This document shows positions 7,580 through 13,592 of a stretch of DNA of 13,592 bases, piece after piece. A program made the translations under genes and the position numbers. The DNA is from Candidatus Micrarchaeota archaeon (GTDB taxonomy: Archaea > Micrarchaeota > Micrarchaeia > Norongarragalinales > SBBD01). The stretch covers positions 1-13,592 of the forward strand of contig JAZDGU010000019.1 in assembly GCA_043806595.1 (NCBI GenBank), in the 5' to 3' direction. The notes below the pieces were generated by a model that did not search any database, was not told the origin of the DNA, and saw only the letters and a list, made by a program, of their open reading frames with translations. Numbering within the stretch: the stretch's first letter is position 1; every line of letters starts with the position of its first letter.

Positions 7580-7975
7580 TTACACTACGGACGCCGCGAT
7601 CGCGACCACCTTGGGGTACCTTTCGGCGATCTCGCGCGCGACCGCGCCCTTGATCTCCGTGCCCTTCGGCAGGCCCTGGTCGTCGATGAGGACGCACGCG
7701 TTGTCCTCGAACTTGATGCGCTCTTTTCCGCGCTTGTACTCCTTCTTCTGGCGGACGATGAGTGCCTTCTCCTTCTTCTTGACCATCTCGGGCTTGCCCT
7801 TCTTGACTGCTACAATGCACACGTCGCCGATTCCGGCGCTCGGGTAGCGGTGGTATGCCGCCTTGGTCCCCAGCACGTTGATCACTTCCACGATCCTCGC
7901 GCCGCTGTTGTCGTCGCACACCATGCGCGTTGCGTTCGTTATCCCCTTTGTAATCCTTGCCGGAACTCCTAGCAT
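7580..7975 (-). CDS. rpl14p: 50S ribosomal protein uL14
   Basis: CDDNSGAR, AGIGD, VKKGKPE, KFEDNACV, PKGTEIKGAVAREIA; ATG 7975. Confidence 0.97.
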   Translation of the reverse strand: MLGVPARITKGITNATRMVCDDNSGARIVEVINVLGTKAAYHRYPSAGIGDVCIVAVKKGKPEMVKKKEKALIVRQKKEYKRGKERIKFEDNACVLIDDQGLPKGTEIKGAVAREIAERYPKVVAIAASVV

Positions 7976-7980
7976 GAAAA

Positions 7981-8304
7981 TCACTCAATTAATACGAAAC
8001 TCTTGGTCTTGCTGAGCTTGCGGCACTCCATGAACCGGACCTTGTCGCCCTCGCTGACCGTCCTGCAGGAGGGCACGTGGACGTGCAGCTTGCTCCTGCG
8101 CTTCTCCAGCCTCTCGTACTTGGCGACCTTGCGGAGGAACGGCATCTCGACTACCGCGTTGCCCTTCGCCTTCGCGCTCACGACCGTGCCCTTGAATATC
8201 CTGCCGCGGGTCTTGAACCCGCCGTGCCTGGGGCACCTGTAGTCGCCGCATTCTTCGGCATTCTCCTGTTTCTTCGCTTCCGTCTCTTGTGCAGCTTCCG
8301 CCAT
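7981..8304 (-). CDS. rps17p: 30S ribosomal protein uS17
   Basis: CGDYRCPRHG, RGRIFKGTVVS, KYERLEKRRSKLHVH, ECRKLSKTKSFV; ATG 8304 after AGGTAAGGG. Confidence 0.97.
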   Translation of the reverse strand: MAEAAQETEAKKQENAEECGDYRCPRHGGFKTRGRIFKGTVVSAKAKGNAVVEMPFLRKVAKYERLEKRRSKLHVHVPSCRTVSEGDKVRFMECRKLSKTKSFVLIE

Positions 8305-8311
8305 TTTTCCC

Positions 8312-8596
8312 TTACCTTTTTCCGAGCTTTTTCGCAAGCGCCTTCGTACGGTCCTCCGGCCTGAGCGCCACGAGGCCCCCGTCCACGAGGACGCCGGCCT
8401 CCTCGAACCAGAACGAGCTCCCCTTCTTCGGGACCCCGATCTTCCTTCCGTCCTTCGCCTTGAGCACGAACGTGTTCTTCGTCTCGTCGATTATCCTGCC
8501 CTCGAGCCCCTGCCGGCCGCGGTCCGCGCTCGACTTCACTTGCACGGCCTGTCCGATGAACTCGGACAGTAGGAACTCCCTTTGCTTGGAATCCAT
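8312..8596 (-). CDS. rnp1: Ribonuclease P protein subunit Rpp29/POP4
   Basis: EFIGQAVQV, GLEGRIIDETKNT, VPKK..F.F, VDG..RPEDR; conserved position before S17. Confidence 0.95.
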   Translation of the reverse strand: MDSKQREFLLSEFIGQAVQVKSSADRGRQGLEGRIIDETKNTFVLKAKDGRKIGVPKKGSSFWFEEAGVLVDGGLVALRPEDRTKALAKKLGKR

Positions 8597-8710
8597 CTCC
8601 TTCGATCCCCGCGGGCGTTCTGCCGCAATTTTTCTTGGCGGCTTTGGCGCCTGCAGACAGGCGTGTCTGTTCTTTGCTTCAAACCGTCAAGGCAGAAACA
8701 ATCAGACGGA
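8597..8710 (-). promoter_or_regulatory. Structured 5' leader of the ribosomal operon
   Basis: Three consecutive hairpins (8665-8707, 8648-8663, 8622-8642) between the TATA box and the GAAGGAG Shine-Dalgarno. Confidence 0.5.
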
Positions 8711-8732
8711 ACTACATCTATGCCTCATTTCC

Positions 8733-8748
8733 TTTAAAAACCCTTACG
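8733..8748 (-). promoter_or_regulatory. BRE/TATA promoter of the ribosomal operon
   Basis: CGTAAGGG-TTTTTAAA on the minus strand. Confidence 0.7.
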
Positions 8749-8776
8749 TTCGGTCGCGCCTTTGCGAGTATGCGGC

Positions 8777-8823
8777 CATCATCGCCACCGCCGCGAAAGA
8801 CATTGCTGCACCGAAGGCGAAAG
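8777..8823 (-). repeat. Direct-repeat copy of the MFS 3' end (partner at 9403-9449)
   Basis: 42/47 identical; encodes FAFGAAMSFAAVAMM versus FAFGAVMSFAAVAMM. Confidence 0.92.
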
Positions 8824-8863
8824 CGGGCGCTTGGCGTGAATCTTGAGGTGTCATTTCCCCCTC

Positions 8864-9135
8864 TCAACGGTAGGTTGTTTCGTCTCGGCGGCCTATATCT
8901 TGTAGATGAGGATGCACCGTTCTTTCTCCAACAGGTGGTATTGAATCCTGAATGGGCCTACCCGGAGTCGGTAGCAGTCCTCTTGGCCGGAAAGCTGCAG
9001 GGTTCCCCTTGGGAATGGATTCGTTTTTAGCTCCGTCAGCAGCATTTTGATGGTATCGCGGTAGTCTTGCCGGAGGTTGTTGACAAACTTTTTGGGCTTG
9101 GATGCAATACGGACGTCATAAGGCATGCGGGCCAT
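8864..9135 (-). pseudogene. RelE/ParE-family toxin, C-terminally truncated by a 2-bp insertion
   Basis: YDV..KKF..L, NPFP, LSGQEDCYRLRVGPFRIQY. Stop at 8895-8893, while the RelE-like tail GRRDETTYR* continues out of frame to 8864. Start at 9135 or 9126. Confidence 0.8.
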
Positions 9136-9136
9136 C

Positions 9137-9310
9137 TCAGATGTCTTCTATGCTTGCTGTCTTGCCCTGCCTGTACTCCCTGAGGGCGTGCTTTAGGTCT
9201 CTCTTGTCTTCAGACGTCATTTCCTCTACAAGCACGGCTTTTATGCATGCGAGCTCCTCCTTGATTTCCTTCAAGTCTTTTCGCAGGTTCCGGGCCGAAA
9301 CGGTTTCCAT
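9137..9310 (-). CDS. Putative antitoxin, 57 aa
   Basis: METVSARNLRKDLKEIKEEL...EEMTSEDKRDLKHALREYRQGKTASIEDI. Resembles archaeal RelE partners and ends 1 nt before the toxin start. Confidence 0.8.
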   Translation of the reverse strand: METVSARNLRKDLKEIKEELACIKAVLVEEMTSEDKRDLKHALREYRQGKTASIEDI

Positions 9311-9336
9311 ACGACATCCCGCACTTATTTTGCACG

Positions 9337-9353
9337 ATGCTTTATAATAGCAT
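9337..9353 (-). promoter_or_regulatory. TATA box within an inverted repeat (possible TA autorepression operator)
   Basis: ATGCT-TTATAAT-AGCAT about 30 nt upstream of the antitoxin ATG. Confidence 0.5.
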
Positions 9354-9381
9354 GCTGCGCCCTCGATGTTTGCACAACCTG

Positions 9382-10560
9382 TCATCGGGACCTTGATACA
9401 ATCATCATCGCCACTGCCGCGAAGGACATCACTGCTCCGAAGGCGAAAGTCGCCGTCGAGCCGAAGGCGGTCCATAGCACGCCCGCGATGACGCTCGCCG
9501 GCAGCAGCGCCAGCCCGACAATCGCGTTGTACGCCCCGAGCGCGGTCGCCCTGACCTTCTCCTCCACGAGCTCGCTCGCATAAGCCCTCTGGACGGTCTC
9601 GACTGCCGCCTTGAAGCACCCGTAGAGGGCGAACAGCGCCCATACCATCCACAGCTCCGACATGAAGACGAAGCCGATGCAGCTCAGCCCGAACGCCGCG
9701 TAGCCGATGCCGAGCACCCCCTTCCTGCCGATTTTATCCGACAGGCTGCCGAACGGAACCGCCGCCAGGGTGTAGAACAGGTTGTAGGTCAGGTAAGCCA
9801 GCGGGATCATGGCCGCCGCGAGCCCGAGGTCGTTGGCCTTCAGTAAAAAGAACGCGATGCTGAAGTTGCCGACGTAGAACACGGCGACGGTGAGCAGGAA
9901 CCGCTTGTATTCGGGGGAGAACCTCTTCCAGACGAACGCGGCCGTGATCTCCTCCTTCTTCCCCTGCTCGATTCGCTTTCGCGGCGCCTTTTCCTTGACG
10001 AACAAATACAATATAATCAGCGCAATTGCGCCCGGCACCAGTGACACCCAGAACAGCAGCTTGAAGTCGTCCGCGGTCGCCGCCAGGATCGCGAAAGCGA
10101 GCGCGGGCCCGATTATCGCGCCCATGCTGTCCATCGCGCGGTGCACGCCGAAGTTCTTGCCCCTGCTCTTCCCTGCTGTCGAGCTTGCGATAATCGCATC
10201 TCGGGGGGCCTCGCGCAGGCCCTTGCCGAGCCTCTCGACGACGCGGACGAACAGCATCTCGTTCCAGAAGACCGCGAACGCGAAGAAGGGTCTCATTATA
10301 GCGGAAAGCGCGTATCCGGCTAGGACGAGCGGCTTCCTCTTCCCGAACCTGTCCGACAAATATCCGGAGAAGAGCTTGCTGATGTTCGCTCCTGCGTTGG
10401 CGAGGCCCTCGATGACGCCGATGAGCGCCTTGTCGATGCCGAGCACAGCTGACATGTATATCGGAAGCACGCTGAAGACCATCTCGCCGCTGATGTCCGT
10501 AATCATGCTCACGAAGCCGAGCGCGAGCACGTTGCGCGGGATGTCCTTGAAAAATTTCAT
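9382..10560 (-). CDS. MFS transporter, 392 aa
   Basis: About 12 hydrophobic segments; MFS motif A GYLSDRFGKRK and its repeat GSLSDKIGRK; ERLGKGLREAPRDA; FGVHRAMDSMGA. Confidence 0.95.
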   Translation of the reverse strand: MKFFKDIPRNVLALGFVSMITDISGEMVFSVLPIYMSAVLGIDKALIGVIEGLANAGANISKLFSGYLSDRFGKRKPLVLAGYALSAIMRPFFAFAVFWNEMLFVRVVERLGKGLREAPRDAIIASSTAGKSRGKNFGVHRAMDSMGAIIGPALAFAILAATADDFKLLFWVSLVPGAIALIILYLFVKEKAPRKRIEQGKKEEITAAFVWKRFSPEYKRFLLTVAVFYVGNFSIAFFLLKANDLGLAAAMIPLAYLTYNLFYTLAAVPFGSLSDKIGRKGVLGIGYAAFGLSCIGFVFMSELWMVWALFALYGCFKAAVETVQRAYASELVEEKVRATALGAYNAIVGLALLPASVIAGVLWTAFGSTATFAFGAVMSFAAVAMMIVSRSR

Positions 10561-10590
10561 GGGCCGACCTCAGGAAGGCGGGGAGGGTAT

Positions 10591-10872
10591 TTATTTTTGC
10601 TGTTTGATGCACTCGAAGGCCTTCGTGGCAAAGTACGTGAACGCGAGCGAGAAGGCTGCCACCGCGGCCCTTTCGAACACGTGCGGATGGGCGCTGGTGC
10701 CGCGGGAGGGCTTGACTGTGGCCGCAAGCATGGAAATCATGGCCGTCTTGCCCGCGCCGTTGGGGCCGAGAAGGCCGAAGGTCTCGCCTTCCCTTATGTC
10801 CAAGGAAACGCCGCCGACAGCAGTGACCTTCCCGTATTTCTTGACAATTTTGCTGGTCGTTATTGCCGGCAT
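10591..10872 (-). pseudogene. ABC ATPase N-terminus fused to a permease-like C-terminal helix (deletion remnant)
   Basis: KKYGKVTAVGGVSLDIREGETFGLLGPNGAGKT (Walker A) with no Q-loop, signature or Walker B. Ends AAVAAFSLAFTYFATKAFE. Confidence 0.8.
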
Positions 10873-10985
10873 ACCCGCCTACCCCGCCGGAATTTTAAAT
10901 TAGCCCCCGCTGTTGAAGGGATTGGTTGAACCGGAGGAGCCTTCCGGAAGGATAGTGTTTTAACCTGCTCGCGTTTTTTCATTGC

Positions 10986-13592
10986 ATGCGATTTTACGTT
11001 GTGACGCTGTCGGTTTTCCTCCTTTTTTTCCTCAATGTTACCGCCTTCGATAATTATCCTTGGATCAACACATTTATCTACGACAACCTGAAGGACAGCA
11101 GTTCGTACACTTCCGCGCAGGCGTCCTACGTCGCCGACCACTTCGACTTTGCCTCCGTCCACGTTTCCGGCTGGATGCAGTTCATCAAGCAGAGGAACCC
11201 CGACATCCGCGTCCTCGACTTCACAGGCCTCGCCGAAATCTCCACCTATTACAAGGCAAGGCTCGGTCATTTCCTTTCCCTGCCGGAAAACCAAGGGAAA
11301 TACGCCGCCGAAGAGATCGAGGGCGTGCACCTCCACTACAAGTGCGATGCCGTTATCAACGGCATAACCGTCCCCGGCTGCAACGCGAGGCCGGGCTCGC
11401 CGCTCGAGTGCACCGGCACTGCAGCCCCCGAGTGCGCGGCAATCGGCCTGCAGTCGTCCGCGCATCTGCTTGGCGAGTCAAGGATGCAGGACCCCGACCC
11501 GCTCTACCAGTCTCTTGGCTGGACCATCCCGAACTTCAACAGCAGGGTCTACCGCGACTTCGGTCCGTGGCGCGCGAACGAGACGATAATGTATTATCCG
11601 CCGGCCTATCCCGCAGACGGCCTGTGGTTCGACAACATCCTGTTCCTAGGCTCAAACTACCTCAACCGCACCGTCGAATACTGGTCCTCCTCCCCAAATT
11701 CGGCCGTCGACCTCCAGTACAACGACGTATACCACGATTTCTTCAGCCACGTCAAGCAAGGGGTCGAGCAGTATCAGGGAAGGCAGCTCGTCTGGCTGGG
11801 AAACGTGAACAACATGTACTGGATTCGGCACGACGGACCGTACGTCGCGTGGATGCTTGCGAACCTGAGGCATGCCACCCCCGAATCCTGGGTCTCCCCG
11901 ATCCAGGAGGGCGAGTACGCGATGCCTTTCTGGGACCGCGATTGCTCCGACCTTGCCGAGGCGTGGAATTATTCAGTGCTCTTTGGCGTCAACCTTACCG
12001 TCTTCACCTATAACCACCCGCGCGACGGCGCCTATCCTGTACCCGACCCCCGGACGAAGGCCTCGTCGATTGCAAAGTATTACCTCGTCAAGAACGACCG
12101 CCTTTTCTACGGCTATGCCGAGGACGGGAACGGCCTGAACGATATCACGCAGATTTACTGGAACAAACTTGCCGAGGTGGACATCGGTTTTCCCCGCCAG
12201 AATCCTGCGGGAATCGTCGACTTCGATGGATTGGCTGGCACTGACAAGTTCTTCAACTGGAATTCGGCCACGTCTTCCCCGAACTGCAACGTCGTAAACC
12301 GCCAGAACATCGCAGTCGCAAGATTTTTCACGAACGGGCTGGTGCTGGCGCGCTGGAAGGCGGTGCGGTGCACCGAGGGGCAGTACCTGAGCCCCGGCTA
12401 CTGCGACTGCGGCCCCGCCTGCTCCACTTCCTATGCCGACGCGCGCGTTTATTCGCTTGCGAACGAGTACAATCCGTCCGGCGAATACTACCGGGTTGCA
12501 GCCGACGGGACGCTTTCCGCCCAGCCCGCGAACAGCGTTACGCTTGCCACGAACGAGGCCGCGCTCCTGTTCAACGTCTGCGCCGAGGGCGAGGTCCCCT
12601 CCGGCAGCGCCTGCGGTTGCGGCGGCGAGGCGTTGGGAGAGGGCGGATGGTGCTGCGGCGGCCAGCCAAGGATTATCTGCAGGTCGGACTCGGACTGCAT
12701 TAATAATCCCGGCGGCGGCGTTTGCTTCAATCCCGCAACCTGCGATTCCTACTGCGGCCTCATGGCCACCCCGACCCCGACTTCATCTCCGACCCCTACC
12801 CCCGAGCCCTGCTCGCCCGACAATTCAATTCAGGACTGCACCGTCGGAGCATGCAGCGGGACCCGGCTTTGCACCGACTCGAGTTGGGGAGAGTGCATCC
12901 AGCTGGATTTGTGCTGCGGCGTAGAATGTGAAGACGGCAATTCCTGCACTTCGGACTCCTGCAGTGCGGGAGCGTGTTCGCATGCCAATATCTGCGGTGG
13001 TAGCGGTGGCGGTTACTCCGGCGGGGGATATTACGGTACTCCTCCCCCTACGCCAAGGCCAAGCGGTTCAGCGGCCCCTTCGTCCGTGCCTTCCCCGCGC
13101 CCGACCCCGAAGTACGTCGCGGTCCCGGAATCCGACGACGAAGTGGAGGCCGCGCTGGACCGGCTCCCGTATGACGAAGAAAAGGCCCGCATACAGGAAA
13201 TCATATCGCAGGCGAAGGTCCTCGAGAAGCAGGGCAGGATGGACGAGGCGAGGCTGCTTTGGATGCGCGCGAAGGAGCGCGTGGCAGTCCTCCTCGAGAA
13301 TTCGCGCAACGCGAAGATATCGTACAATTACCTTCTCGCGGGCCTCGCGGTCCTCGTCCTCGTTGCGTCTGCCCTCTATTATTCCTCGTCTCTCCGCGGT
13401 CGCAAGCCACCCGAGGATTCCCACGGGGAACACGAGTCGGTAATCTGTCTTCCCGCAAATCCTTCCGGCGATTCCGGCGCAGACGACTTCGGCGGCGGGG
13501 AAAGGGGGTCTGATTACCTCTCCCCTTCGGGAGCGTTGATCAAGGCTTTTTGGTTGCCCGCATTGTCGGCATTGGCGTTGGCGTTGATTTCG
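10986..13592 (+). CDS. Large secreted, membrane-anchored putative glycoside hydrolase with Cys-rich and Pro/Thr regions (open to window end; not in ORF track)
   Basis: Manual translation gives 869 codons without a stop. Signal peptide MRFYVVTLSVFLLFFLNVTA; motifs DGLWFDN, WLGNV, PESW, DIGFP, ARFFTNGLVLA; Cys-rich modules; TPTPTSSPTPTP linker; TM segment YLLAGLAVLVLVASALYY followed by RGRK. Confidence 0.88.
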   Translation, partial: MRFYVVTLSVFLLFFLNVTAFDNYPWINTFIYDNLKDSSSYTSAQASYVADHFDFASVHVSGWMQFIKQRNPDIRVLDFTGLAEISTYYKARLGHFLSLPENQGKYAAEEIEGVHLHYKCDAVINGITVPGCNARPGSPLECTGTAAPECAAIGLQSSAHLLGESRMQDPDPLYQSLGWTIPNFNSRVYRDFGPWRANETIMYYPPAYPADGLWFDNILFLGSNYLNRTVEYWSSSPNSAVDLQYNDVYHDFFSHVKQGVEQYQGRQLVWLGNVNNMYWIRHDGPYVAWMLANLRHATPESWVSPIQEGEYAMPFWDRDCSDLAEAWNYSVLFGVNLTVFTYNHPRDGAYPVPDPRTKASSIAKYYLVKNDRLFYGYAEDGNGLNDITQIYWNKLAEVDIGFPRQNPAGIVDFDGLAGTDKFFNWNSATSSPNCNVVNRQNIAVARFFTNGLVLARWKAVRCTEGQYLSPGYCDCGPACSTSYADARVYSLANEYNPSGEYYRVAADGTLSAQPANSVTLATNEAALLFNVCAEGEVPSGSACGCGGEALGEGGWCCGGQPRIICRSDSDCINNPGGGVCFNPATCDSYCGLMATPTPTSSPTPTPEPCSPDNSIQDCTVGACSGTRLCTDSSWGECIQLDLCCGVECEDGNSCTSDSCSAGACSHANICGGSGGGYSGGGYYGTPPPTPRPSGSAAPSSVPSPRPTPKYVAVPESDDEVEAALDRLPYDEEKARIQEIISQAKVLEKQGRMDEARLLWMRAKERVAVLLENSRNAKISYNYLLAGLAVLVLVASALYYSSSLRGRKPPEDSHGEHESVICLPANPSGDSGADDFGGGERGSDYLSPSGALIKAFWLPALSALALALIS

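Noticed and set aside
7569..7988. 269-aa extended L24 (apparent N-terminal fusion)
   Set aside because: The extension overlaps rpl14p in another frame; the true start is ATG 7568.
8611..8620. 10-nt complementarity between the operon leader and the candidate ncRNA (2014-2023)
   Set aside because: Short, GC-rich and not extendable, so plausible by chance.
2151..8846. Numerous antisense and alternative-frame ORFs over the ribosomal genes
   Set aside because: Shadow ORFs caused by high GC at third codon positions.
9311..9652. 171-aa version of the antitoxin ORF
   Set aside because: The upstream part overlaps the MFS gene and the TA promoter; the start at 9310 fits.
11060..13513. Track ORFs in the right-hand region
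   Set aside because: All are off-frame or antisense to the long ORF starting at 10986.
1..13592. CRISPR array, tRNA or rRNA
   Set aside because: No spaced repeats, cloverleaf or rRNA signature found by eye.

Overview
Archaeal DNA, judged from eS4, eL19, eL32, Rpp29 and TATA/BRE promoters; a DPANN/Micrarchaeota-like origin is my inference only. The core is a minus-strand spc-type ribosomal cluster (2303-8596): rnp1-S17-L14-L24-S4e-L5-S14-S8-L6-L32e-L19e-L18-S5-L30. It has its own promoter and a hairpin-rich leader, and lacks the usual L29/SUI1 upstream and L15/secY downstream. Downstream (left) lie a ~310-360 nt highly base-paired non-coding segment (candidate unassigned ncRNA, 1842-2200), an orphan basic protein, and an IS630 element with a -1 frameshift site whose 3' end appears replaced by a GC hairpin element. 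Upstream (right) lie an antitoxin-relE pair whose toxin is truncated by a 2-bp TA insertion and which is bracketed by a 47-bp duplicate of the 3' end of the adjacent MFS gene, the MFS gene itself, a collapsed ABC ATPase/permease remnant, and a >=869-codon secreted, Cys-rich, membrane-anchored putative glycoside hydrolase absent from the ORF track.
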